DNA from: Trichoplax adhaerens
Taxonomy: Eukaryota > Animalia > Placozoa
NCBI RefSeq assembly: GCF_000150275.1
Contig: NW_002060969.1
Location: 186,001 to 250,000, forward strand
DNA length: 64,000 nucleotides
Direction of reading: 5' to 3'
The notes beneath the pieces are model-generated. The model was not told where the DNA came from. It was given only the letters and a program-made list of their open reading frames with translations, and searched no databases. Positions 1 to 12,394 of the stretch are shown here, one piece after another. A program made the translations under genes and the position numbers. The stretch's first letter is position 1; the number at the start of each line of letters is the position of its first letter.

Positions 1-3000
1 TCTTAAAATTGCTATATCTCACGGCATATGTTTTATGCACGCATAATAATGATACTCATAGAATTATCTTAAAAAGGTAAACTACAACCCTACAACCATC
101 ATTATGTCCCGTCATCAGAGCCTGCTCCAATGATGATCACTGGACTGTACCAATACAATATGACACCTACCTCATCTTAGACCATTTATACATTCCATTT
201 GGCATTAAAAAGCCATCACGCTCATGCTGTTGAATCGCGGATAAAAATAAAGAAACTGGCGGTAGTGTCGGCTCGGTTACATTTACCGAATCCAGAATTA
301 CTGTTAACGTGTCTGTTTGCAACTTCAGCTGGAATTATAATAAATAATGTTATAATTAATACCTTGCGATAACATAAAGGATGGTGTACCTAACAGTCAT
401 TTCGTAAATTCCTATTCGCTATAAAAGGTACCTTATAGCTAGATAAGTGTTCCATAGTATTTAAAGCCTTTGCCGGCAAGCTTCTCCAAACCTACCAGAG
501 ATCAATAAAATTCGTTTAGTAGAGTCAATATATTTTTCAACACTCGTATTACCAGTGTTTGTACTGCATTGAGCGAAGTCATTAGATTTTCAAATATTAT
601 CAACAGTGATATCTTATTCAAGTTTCGGTCAGCAAACAGTAGCATAGTAGCATCGATACTTGTAGATATCGATTAACGCGTTGACAACCGTAGTTATGCG
701 TACCGGTAACTGTCGAACGACAATCATTTCTAAGCCTTCAACAACTTGTAAAAAAGTGGCATAATTTCGTTTCTCGTAGCACCATTTCGCGATTTTAATA
801 AATTCCGTTAATAACGTTAACTGCATCTAGATAGTGAACGGTGGTTGAACACAAGATGTCAAAAAATGCATCACTTATTAGTGGATATAATTTCAAATAT
901 TAAGAAATTTATACTGTCACAAATTGCAAAAGATTATAATCCACAATTTCTTACTTTCGCGGAAGGGCAACCGCAAAGTTCTCCTGCGATCCATATTGAT
1001 GCGCCTTGAGCTCTTTCAAGCAATATTTCTAAGTATTCACTAGGCTCCAGTTTGGCGATATTCTTCAATGAGGTCTTTTCTCTCATACTTCGCCTCTCCG
1101 ATGTCATGTAATTAAAAGATTCAAGTTCGTGTTTAGGCTTGCCTATTGATGCTCGAAAATTTACGACTGAACCAAAACGGTTGAATTTTCCAACGCTGGA
1201 GTTTAAGTCTGACGCTTCGGTACCCAAGAAATCGATCGGATGCATACCAAGAAATAATTCCTAAGTTAAGTTGTATTCGTAAACGAGGATGTTATTAGTT
1301 TACAGATTTATTATTCTTTCTATAATACAATTACAATTATTAGCTCCCAGATCAACAAGGAAAATAACAGTTTAAATAAAAATAGATTTTCACACCTGTT
1401 GCATAAGGGTTAGCTGTTTTGCAATTTGAGGAGTAGAGTAATTCAATAACGAATCATGAAAGTTTTTCCCACGATCCATTGCCGTAATTGAAATAGCGCT
1501 AGGAACATCATCGAAGCACTTAAGTTCTCGCATCCCCATAGCAGTACTATTTGAGCGCCTTACTGACATTCTCCAATTCTGGACGTCAAATATTTGTCAT
1601 TGGCTTAAAATTGATACGTATTCTCATCAATCTATCACACTGAAAAACTTACCGATGGAGTGCTACCTAACGTTCTGTTACTTGAAGAGTTGGTTTCGAT
1701 ATCTAAATAACAAAAACAAATGTTATAATCATTAGTAGTAGTAACTATTTCTAACATGATTTATTTCTGTTTTGCTAACCGTCTTCTTCCTTATCTATCT
1801 GTTGTTCGCGTATAATAGTATTTTCCGTTTGATCTCTTTCATTCGTACTTAACTTTTTGTCATTGCATAAGTATAACACACGCACTCCCATTCCAGTTGC
1901 GTCAATCGGAATTACCTTTCGAGACATTTGATCAAAAAGATATAGTTACTATGAATCCTTAACCACAGAATCGGTGCTCGCAAAACACTGTTATGTAGTA
2001 CTCACAGTATTCTCCATGAAATCTATCAAGTTGTTCTCTAATTTTTGATTCGTACGAAAATCTTTTGCGTAATATCCCTGCATTAAGGCGAATCTTAGAA
2101 AAGACAAAGTACTGAATATTACAATAACCAGAGCATTACCTCTATCCATTCATACAATATGTCTAGTGAACGAAACTGAACTTGAACTTGTTGGTAGGTT
2201 TGGGTACCACCAGTTTCGATGACGCAAGTTGCAGAGGTATAAACATTAGTAATAAACTGATATAATTGTAGAGGTGTCATAATATATCGGAAGGTTAACA
2301 AGAAATCGTTGACATAATCTTGACCTTTCGCGTCACTAGAAAGTAAAAAGTATTTTTATTCCTTAAAATATCTTTCTTCACCTCATAGCGAGCTATTAAA
2401 TTAGATTGAGTTAGCATTGGCTTTATATTTCCATACCGCGCATACAAGAAAGATAATAAACCCCTTCGTGTACCAGTCTGAAGAACTGGCGTGGAGCCTG
2501 TAGAGCTCGACAACATATTTGGCGAAATCATGTCCCAGCTTCCGCCAAAAATAAGCGTAGGATTCTTTGGTGTAACTCTGAACGATAGTGGCTGATTTCC
2601 ATCGCTATATGAGATAATTGCCGATGACTTAAGTTCCTACTATTGAAGAAATTAAGTAACATTATCTTCTACTAACCAGTTTGCCAAAGAAAACAGCAAG
2701 GAAGAATCTAAACCCCAACGTTCGGCATCAATTTCCTGCTCAAAAATAATTTGCTGTGTTATACTATCTCCTTTCTCAACAATTGAAATATGCAAAGTCT
2801 TCGAAAAGATGATATTAGTGACGAACCTCCAGTTGTTGCTTTGCAGCAACCAAGAAAGACATTCTTTTTTCCATATCAATCAGGTTTTTTTTAGTCCTTG
2901 CTAGCCTGCCTTTAGTTGGTGAAACTAATTCATAGTAAATATTGAGCAAAAAACAAGTTAATCTTCTTTCTTATCAACTAATTTTTAATGTAGTAATCTC

Positions 3001-6000
3001 TAGTTGTATATGGATATATACTTCTTTGCTTTCCGTCAACATCTTGCAATCTAGAAAGATATTTTAAAGTTTTAACTTTCATCATTTTTTCAACCTTAAT
3101 TTGTTGGTCAACATCCTACATTAATTAAATCAGAAATTTTAGTATCAACATCACTACTTGATACTTTCAAGTCATGATAAGATCTCGAGTATATGCTATA
3201 TGTACGTACAATTAATTTTTGCACGATATTTCTCTTTAGTTCCTCCAAAGTTTTGTTTTTTGACGAATCGACCTGTGAGTATTGTAATTAGCCAGAGAAT
3301 ACTACTTTATGCAACTGAATCTTAGATGAATCTGTCTTAGCTAGATCCTAAATAAGCCTGTCTCTATTTAATTATCGCCAACATATAGATAGAGGTAGTT
3401 AAGGACTGTAACGAACATAAAGCTACCATTGCAGGATATGAAGAATTTAAAGGTATAATATGTATTTTAGCTTTTTACCACTATAAATACATATGATATT
3501 AATACCCAATATAGTTATCTCTCATGTCTATTAAGATCTTCTCAAAAATTTAAAATACGTTTTGAGATTTTCCAGGTTCTGTACATTTATGATACAACCC
3601 TAAATTATATCTGTATATTTCTCCTATTGCCTAGAGCTCATAACTATTAAGAACAATAGCAAACTAAAGCATCATATAACAACTACTATTGTAGTGCTAT
3701 AATATCTAGGTGCTCTATAATCAAAGCCCCCTAATAACTGCCGGTGCTTAAATTACCACCTAAAAAAATGTCTATCTCATCATCGAAGCAATTTTAAAAT
3801 CTTATACCGCATAAAGATTTGATTTCAAAGATTGATCACGTTCGATGAAAGTCGACAAGCGTCACCATCAGTAAAAATGGTTAAGCGTAGCAGACAGGTA
3901 GACTGTACAATAAGGTTAGACTCGAAAGAACAATCGTCGCCAATTTTAAGTACAGTAGCATAGTACATTATATGCCTCAATAAATTAAGAAAGCTAACCA
4001 TATATACTTACTATTCGCCGATTGTAATCCAGAATTGGCTGTATATCATTATGCAATTCTTCTTTGCTCATGTATATTGAGCTATTACGTCTCAATTTTT
4101 TCTTCAATATGGCAATACCGGAGACGTCTGAACCAGTATCGATATCGTCGTTTGCTTTTCCTCGCGATTTAGTATCAGTAGGTTGAATGGATTCAACCGG
4201 TTTAAGTAGAGGATCATCTACAGTCACTTTATCTGGTAATTTTCTCGTTATGTGAACTAAATTATCAAAATTATCGTTTGGTCGATCGATATTAACTTCT
4301 CTAAATGGAGTGACAGCTGATTTTCCGACGACTACGGAGCTAGTAGATAGAGATGGTACGTAGTTACCGACAGCGGCGTAATCATTAGATGGCTTGTGAA
4401 TAATTTTGGCTTGTCTGTAAAATCATTAGCATATGTTTATATCAATAAAGTTTCAAAAAGGATTCGATCACATACAAGGAAATAGTACGCAGCAATTTCA
4501 TCGTACCCCATTGGTTTCATTCTAGTATTTGAAGTTTTTCCTCTATCGATGACACGATACATCTCATTAAGAAGTTCTTCATCCCAATATAGATCACAGT
4601 ACTGATCAGCCACAGCTTCTTTGAAAGCGGATCGATTCATTCCAGTTAATGACATTATATATTCAGCTATGACAATAGAACAAATTCACATACCGATAAG
4701 TATAGAGTGATATTTACGTTAGCATAATGAATCGTATACAACATAGAATATAGGATTTAAGATACGTAATATAGTAGTACAGCAAATTTTACCCATAGCC
4801 AGTTCTTCGATGCCATTTTCAAGATACCCATCATACGCGAATTCTTGACGGATCATCGACGCCAATCTTGATAGCATTTCGCGTTCTTCCAATGATGAGG
4901 GATCACTCTATAAAGTATCAGAAAATAAATAAATTTTACATAAATTGTGGATTTAATAATAAGAATTTTAATTTCAGGTTACCAATTCTAATACAGAAAT
5001 GGTTGGACTCCTATTTTCCTGAAAATGCGTTGATGGCATAAAATTATTAGGTTTGCTGTTGTCCATATCGCCGTACATCTCATGAGACATAGTGATTGGG
5101 GAATTGTTGTCGCTAATATGGCGAAGTTTTGATGATAGTCGTGAGTTTCTTTGATTATACCTAGCTGAGCCACTGCGATTTTCGCGCTCGGATTGTACAG
5201 GGTTACTGTCTTCCAATTGTCTTTGTTCATTACTATTTAATGAATTTGATTCAATGGAATGCACTTGCTTTGTGTTCTCTAGTCTTACATCAAGCGATCT
5301 GTTTGCAGGCGAGGGAGTGTCTTTCCCCTTTACTAAGTACGCCCGGTATTTACTCTCCTCATGAAAATATGGCGTAGGATCGTTTGCTTGCTTTTTAATT
5401 GAACTTTCCATTTGTCGATTCATAGAAAGATCATCATGATCAATTTTCTCATCTACTTCACCTAACAACCTTCGAGATATTTCTATTTCATCAATTGATA
5501 CATCCTGTGTATCGTTCTTATTGCTACGTTCAGTTTCGGATGAGTGAGCCGGTTTATTAATACCCGATCTTTTACTTATTTCGATTTCATTGCGGTCGTA
5601 AGCTGCAAAAAACGAATTTTCGGCACGAGAAACTGGGAAATTGTCGTTCGGGCTATTTACTACTGTAGGATAGCTTTGCTGATCTTGCTCACGCCCTTTT
5701 AAAATATCCCTAGACATCAATTCATTACTAGAATTTTCGCTTAATGAATTGTACCCAGCACTTCTAGAATTTGGCGATAAATCGTTGCCCGTAGTAAGTT
5801 GACCATCATTTCTTGTAAAATAAACAGGGTTAACGGGAACACCAAAAGGCGAAATATTAGAATATGGGTACACTGTGTTCGCATTTCTAGCAGGAGAAAC
5901 TGGTGATTGCGGTAGAAAAGAGAACGGGCCGTTTAATTGTTGTTGAATAGTTGCATAATATAATTGCTCTTGATCGGACACTATCGGAAAATGTTGCGAG

Positions 6001-8246
6001 TATTGATTCCTGTTACCAGCATTGAGCAGATGCTGGTTGTAGAGAGCATTTGAAGTCGGAGCAGTAACGTAGTGTAGGCCTGATGGTGAGGTAACAGGTA
6101 CAGTTGAAAATTTATGATTTACTTGCAACTGTTCAGGAATTTCTATATTAACTGGCTTAGTTCCAATATTTACTGTATGGCTTCCGCCATAGCTAACGCC
6201 TGGAAGATCAGTGTTGACCGGTAACATGGATGATGTCGAGATGGAAAGCGATGTAGGCAGCGGTTCCACGGTGGGTGTAGAATCACTATGCACTTGTTTC
6301 AAGTTTACTGTATCAGAAAGTTGAACTTCCGCATCACTCTTAATTTTACTAGAGCTATCTTTAGAGTTATCGGAATGAATTGGAATTAGCATTGGTGAAC
6401 CATCTTGTTTCTGAATAATAGCATAACGCTGACCACTAATTTCGATGATTTGGCTTTCCTGCTGATTACTAGCAAACCTAATGAAATCATCACTAGGATT
6501 ATTTTCGATCACAGATCTTTTGGTCGTAGAATGGTTACGCGTTTCTGACTTTCGATCAACTTTAAGAGCATCTTTAGTGGAATGAATTGTTGTCAACGAA
6601 ACATTCGATACGGTAAAGTTCACGGAATCGGTAGCATTGCTTACTGACGATGATATGTGTTCAAGACCCGGCGGATCGGCGTTCTTATTATGCATTGATG
6701 ATCGTTCAGATAGCGTAGAGTATTCATTGTCGCGTTCATTAGAATGATTTTTGACTTCTATAACGGGTACTTTCTCACTTTCAGATTTAGCAGCCTCCGT
6801 TGCTGATTCCTTATTGGCTACTTTTTTCTGTATTAATTTAAAAACTGACGTTTTAGACTTGTTGGAAGATGTAGTTGTAGTAACGCTAGTTTGATCGGGC
6901 TCACTATTTGATGAAGATTTAGCCGTTGATATTATTTTATGATTGTTTGTTACGCCACCTTTGCTACTGGATAAAACAGGTGGACTTCCAATATCAGGAG
7001 TATGTTCTGGCGTAGGGTGAGTGACTGTTACGACAGGTGTATCAGGTATACTATGCTCTCTTGGCACCAATGAATTAGTGGAATCGTTCTTTGCTGTAGC
7101 AGTCTCGGCGGATTCCTGCTTCTGGCATTCTTGCTTCTTTACCTTGTTATCTTCCTTAAGATCTACTTCCGGTGATGTTTTAGAATGGCCTCCAGAAGGT
7201 TTTTCAGCTTTAAGTTTCTGAATTAGATCATATAACGAAATAGAAGGCTTGCGTTCGCCCCCCATCTCCGCTCGACGCTTTTGTTCCTCTTTTTTCTTAC
7301 GAAATGCGGCTAGAATTTTCTGAGCTGCTGCCTGAGTTTGAGGATCAGGTACTGACGGAAGCTTAGATGTTGATCCGGATCTTTCTAACGTTGTAGTTTT
7401 ACTGCTAGGAACCACAACATTTTTGACATTGCCACCTTTCTGTAACTCCTCAGTAGTTGTTGCTGATCTTGATCTAGGTGGCGGTCGCAGCAAAGCTGGA
7501 GAAAGCGATTGCGCAGATTGAGATTGACCCTTTTGTAGATCTTTGTCAATGTCGGTCGTACACAGGTTATCTAATTTATTTGTCACATTTTCTAAATCCT
7601 CCACTGGTTCCTGCAAAATACTATGTAATAGCTTGTTTGAAAGTTGAGGTGGTAGACGCCTCGTCGGCGTACTTGAAGGCTGAATATCAGCAGAAGCGGT
7701 TGCTAATACTGGTGTTCCTCCTCCAGGCATTGGCGTTGCAGAATTCGGTGTTTTTATTGTTTCTCCAGTGTCCCCATTATCATGCTGTTGTTCCTGTTGC
7801 CTTTTCGCAGCAGCTGCTAATAGCGCTCTCCTTATTTTTTCGCGGGTATTCTTATTTTTATCACGAGTGCTTTGTTGATTGACATTTTGTCTATGTAAAG
7901 CATTAAGTGTTGGAGTAGCACCTAATTCTTCACTTTTTCTTCTCGTTATGGCCATCGTTAACTGAAAGAAGTTGCTTATCTTAGGCGTACTACCTTCCTC
8001 ACTTGTAGTGCTAGTCCCATTATTGATTACAGGTACATTCTCCGGTGAACTCATTCTTGATGCATTTCCTGATGTTATTGGTATATTTGAAACCAGACAT
8101 TAAGTAAGGTAAATTTTAAAACGCAATTAATGTCAATTTAAGAAAAGAGTATACAGTTAAATCCTCCGATAAGTATTTACACAATTTACCTGATTCCTGA
8201 TTATTCGAAAAATCCTGTAATTTTTCCAGTAAAATCTTACGGGAAT
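1..8246 (-). CDS. KNDC1: KNDC1 (very-KIND)-like RasGEF, multi-exon; 3' end lies beyond the left edge and the 5' end is uncertain
   Basis: Spliced minus-strand exons encode KNDC1-typical blocks: 'MIRQEFAYDGYLENGIEELAM' (~4795-4880), 'AFKEAVADQYCDLYWDEELL' (ORF 4437-4655), 'AERWGL' (ORF 2652-2879), REM-like 'LQTGTRRGLLSFLY' (ORF 2295-2531), CDC25 domain 'ASIWIAGELCGC..MQLTLLTEFIKIAKWCYEKRNYATFLQVVEGLEMIVVRQLP' (629-1245) and 'PTLPPVSLFLSAIQQHERDGFLMPNGMYKWSKMR' (171-328). A ~3.1-kb low-complexity S/T/Q/N/P-rich exon lies at ~4976-8069, with a further exon at 8190-8246. Confidence 0.85.
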
Positions 8247-11176
8247 CTGAACAATGAAAAATATCGCAAATCTATCGAATAAATTAAATTAGAAAGTGAA
8301 TTATGGGACTTATACCATGTGCGAGTATCTAACAAGCATTAATTAGGAGAACTTTCACTCATTCATTAGATCTTACTGTTACCAAAATATGATAATAAAA
8401 ATGTAATTTGCATTGTTAAACCAGCATTTTAAGCTTTATATTATGTTAATGCTGTAAAATATCCAACAATAGCAAGTTCCTATGGAAATAAATCTACAAT
8501 TATTTGTTACTAAATGCTACTTAGCTTACAATAAAATTAATCTCTTAGTGATTTTAGTCTGAAAATCGGCTGAACTATATCTGATTAGGTAATTACCTAG
8601 TTTTTTCTTTACAAAAATTAGATCAACAAGCTATCACTGTGTTATCAAAACTCTGAGTTTAGTTATTAAAAGACTATAATTAATGTCTCTGCGATAGGAT
8701 ATACGTACGACTAATATATGGGTACAGAAAAGCCTTTTTTTGCAGGTACAATATAGTGTATTTGTCACTATTAAAGATTTTGAATTGTAATTAAACCTAA
8801 TGTAGAAACCATAAACGTAATAAATTGACAATTGCGGATTTTACGTAATATGCTACAGATTTTACTATGACGTATACATCACTTATCGATTTTACCGTCG
8901 ATAAGTACGTATACCGTACAACCATAACAATACTCTGATTGCAAAATTTACAATTTGGGGAAGGGGGGTTTATTTGGACTCTAATAAATGCACGTTAACA
9001 ATCTTAAGGCTTACTGTATATGATGCTACACACTGCACTGTATACAGTAAAGACAAATTAATTAGTACTCGTATTCTTGATCAACTGTATGTTGTGATAG
9101 GACACAGTGCAACCCTAATTTTTATCATTAAAAGCATATGCGCAAACATTCAGTGCTATACGTGTATTTAATGGAACAGAAGAAATCATCGAACATATTC
9201 GACTATAACTGAGCAAATCAAATCCATGGCAATTACTTACTGTTAAAAATCTGTAGTGTGTGGATGACAATACTGACATAATGAAGGTAATTCAAAATCA
9301 GTAATTAATTAATATTTGAAAAGTGATTTCAACATACGAGTATATTATCAACTTTATGAAACTAAAGCATAAAGTCATTATTACAATTAATTGATAGTAA
9401 AATAGATATATAGTACTTATCATGCGTATCTAAACGCTATTTAGTACCTGCTTGTGCGTGCCGCACTGCGTCATGACAAAGTTGGTTATTTCAACATTAT
9501 AACATTTGCGATATCCATGTAGTTGGAGTAGTTTCTTTAATTTAAAATTGTACAAAAGACAATCGAAGAGACTGCGGTTAAAGTAGCAGATTATCTAAGA
9601 TATCAGATAAATGTAGTGTTTAATTATCTGTAATCAATCTCAACTTACATTTTCGCTGACTGAGCTTCCCTACACACATTTTTTCACGTTTTACATTTAG
9701 TTTATGATATCTCGTTTTACTTGTCTTCGTTGTAAGCAAACAAAATCGTTACAAAATGTTCATTAAGTTATATTGATTATTCTTTATGCTAAACCAGTCA
9801 TTGTAATTGGTTCCTGTGGCTTAGCAATAATTGTAAGTCACAAAAGACTATTCATAATGTAATCAATGTCACTGCATTGAATGTTAGTTATTGTCTCCAA
9901 AGGCAGACGCTGATAAATAACAAAAGCCTATGGTAATGCCATTGCTGACGTCTGGCGAATTGCTAACAGTAAACTGCGTGGTACCAGAGTAGTTACTACG
10001 TGTACAACATAATGTAGTAGCAACAAAAAATTTACTCACTTTAAAAATTCATGAACTAGTGTATGACTATTGATACCGAGTCTACAGGCACTAAAGACAT
10101 AGGTATAATTGTTTATTGTGGTATTAGAAGCATATCACAAAAATATACGTTGTACGAATTGCTACTAAGGTAGACTACTTCAATTTCATCGTAGGCCATA
10201 ACAAAAATTAAAGTCTCAAAGACTTCTAGAGTAATGAGATTTACATATCGATCTTAATTTTGTCTTCAGGAATACATATACGCCTACTATATTTTGTATT
10301 CGAAGAGTTGGGAGATACAATTGCCTAGCAAGTACATCATTCGATAGTGACTCACCTATTTGTTGACGAAACGAGGTAACTAATTAAATACTCTACAACT
10401 ATTGATGCAGTAAGACCAATTACCTATCGATATCGTCGCTTGATAATAATTAATTAGTAATTTATACGCGGATACTGAGACATCTCCCAGACTTATTTTA
10501 CAATAGTGTATTACTGAATATCAACTGATAAAACAACGTTTTACCCTTAGAATAACTCATTCATTTTAAACTTGTTACATACAAATGCAATAATTTATTA
10601 CTGTAAACTAGTCGAACACCCTCAGCGTATCTTCAAGTCAAGTATACTGAAATTGTATATTCAGTGAACAAGTATGTGAGTTGCAAAGTATCATGAGGAG
10701 TGTGTGTAATAAGATGGCCCGTTAGTAATAAGTAATAGCGTAGGTCTTCCTTTATTGAATGCTTGTTGCACGTACATATGTGCGAATACAATTTTATTAA
10801 TTATACATTTAAATAGACTATTAAATCTAACTCTTAGGAAATAGCATCTAATTGATAAAATATTGCCGACATTGTCAGGAGACCGTACTATACTATTTTT
10901 TACAATACTGCAAATAGGTACAATGTCGCACAATTAATAGGTAAATAATGCATTTAAAATATATGGGTATTTTATATTGTAATATGCTAGGAGCTTCTCC
11001 GAACGCTACGCATAGATCAGTAATGTTCTAAAATTTAAATTGCTTGATTTTTACAAAACATACATTACTATATAACTACACGCGCATTCGCAGTATACAA
11101 TTTACGTATGTACGATTGTACGTATGTCTAGCAATAGCATGCAGCAATAATAGCAAATTTAATCCGTATGGTATAC

Positions 11177-11562
11177 ATACAGTATTTCGAATCAGGGACT
11201 ACTTCGAAAGAAGAGAAAGGAAAGAGACGGGACGGACGAGACACGGCCGAAAGCTAGAAAAAATAAGATGGCCGACTTTTTTGCGGTCATTTTAGGATAC
11301 ACTACGGCTGTAACCGTACAGTACTGTACAGTTGTACACCGTACTGTGCAAAACCAACCAGGCAAATACTGTAATTTGGAGGACGGTCGTGTGCACTGTA
11401 CTGTACATTGTACAATATACGCGTAGGGTACGATTACCGATGGTCGGTACACTTGAAATGACCAGCAGGAAAGTCGCCTTGCTCATCGCTAGTACGTATA
11501 GCTAAGGATCGTGTCCTGTCCCTTTCTCTTCTTTCGAGTAGTCCCCGTTCAAATATTGCTGT
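11177..11562. mobile_element. Degenerate foldback / long-TIR non-autonomous element (MITE- or Mutator/FB-like)
   Basis: GGGACTACTTCGAAAGAAGAGAAAGG (11195-11220) matches the reverse complement of 11521-11545 (GGGACTAC-TCGAAAGAAGAGAAAGG). Patchy inverted similarity continues inward (GACACG, AGCTA, CGACTTT..TGC.GGTCATTT, GTAA.CGTAC, TACAG subrepeats) to a ~40-bp centre at ~11351-11390. No clear target-site duplication or transposase ORF is seen. Confidence 0.6.
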
Positions 11563-11754
11563 AAACATTTATAGTTCGCTTATGATTACATTATCTGTCT
11601 GCTCAATATTGAATTCATATATTTCTTGTGATTACTTATTGATACACTGCAAGTGTGTGACTGTATTAGGTTTCATTGATTTAATATAAATTATGTTGTA
11701 ATTATAAATTACTAGCGCTAAACTTCCATTTTATTATACGATATGGTGGCTGGT

Positions 11755-12360
11755 ACGCCTACAGTACAGTATAGTACAGTATAATACTGTACTGTACAGT
11801 ACTTTGCAGATCTCAGATCTACAGTACAGTATACTGTACTGTACTGTACTGTACTGTACATTGCAGATTTCAGATCTACAGTATACTGTCCTGTACTACA
11901 GTAATGCAAGTCACGTCGTAATACCAATCTACAGTATGACAAATGGAAGCAAGATCAATTTTTTCGAGGATTGAGTTTTTTACTATACTGTACATTGTAC
12001 TGTACAAGTAATTACTGTACTGTACTGTACAGTACAGTACTGAACGCCCCCTCCCCCACAAGTACAGTACAGTACTGTACTGTACTGTGATATCAGCCCA
12101 TTGTCAGGGGTGTACAGTACTGTACAGTAGAGTTAAGATAAAAACATTTTTACCCTTAACTCTATGGTTATACAGTACAGTACAGTACGGTACTGTACAC
12201 TGTACAGTATACTGTACAGTACAGTACAGTACAGTACAGTACTTGTACAGTATAAAGAAAGTATCCTATTATACTGTACTGTATTGTACTGTACGTGTAG
12301 ATCTGAGAAGGCAAAAAAACTTTGGACAAAAATTAATTAAATAAAAAAATCAGTACAGCA
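11755..12360. repeat. (TACAG)n/(CTGTA)n palindromic pentanucleotide array upstream of TSG101
   Basis: Many TACTG/CAGTA units in alternating orientation form TACTGTACAGTA and TACAGTACTGTA palindromes. The array ends ~35 bp before the TSG101 ATG. Confidence 0.9.
12046..12058. promoter_or_regulatory. C-rich GC-box-like motif (CGCCCCCTCCCCC) within the repeat array
   Basis: An isolated C-rich run in AT-rich DNA resembling an Sp/KLF-type site. A similar CCTCCCCTCCC occurs at 36775-36785 in another array. Confidence 0.4.
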
Positions 12361-12394
12361 TAAATAGGGTTCAGTGTAAATTTACGCAGCAAAC

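Noticed and set aside
1955-1968. TCCTTAAC..CAG resembling a U12 branch point and acceptor
   Set aside because: It is on the plus strand, opposite the KNDC1-like gene, with no matching U12 donor.
7021-7882. Plus-strand ORFs inside the large KNDC1-like exon
   Set aside because: Antisense shadows of a long coding exon with no recognisable homology.
8881-8906. Short hairpin ACTTATCGA...TCGATAAGT (similar small stems at ~43626 and ~57783)
   Set aside because: Stems of 7-9 bp are expected by chance in AT-rich DNA, and no RNA-gene features are present.
11044-12344. Short ORFs rich in TVQYS/CTVLY peptides (also 36148-37044)
   Set aside because: They are translations of the TACAG repeat, which lacks stop codons in any frame, and have no protein-like content.
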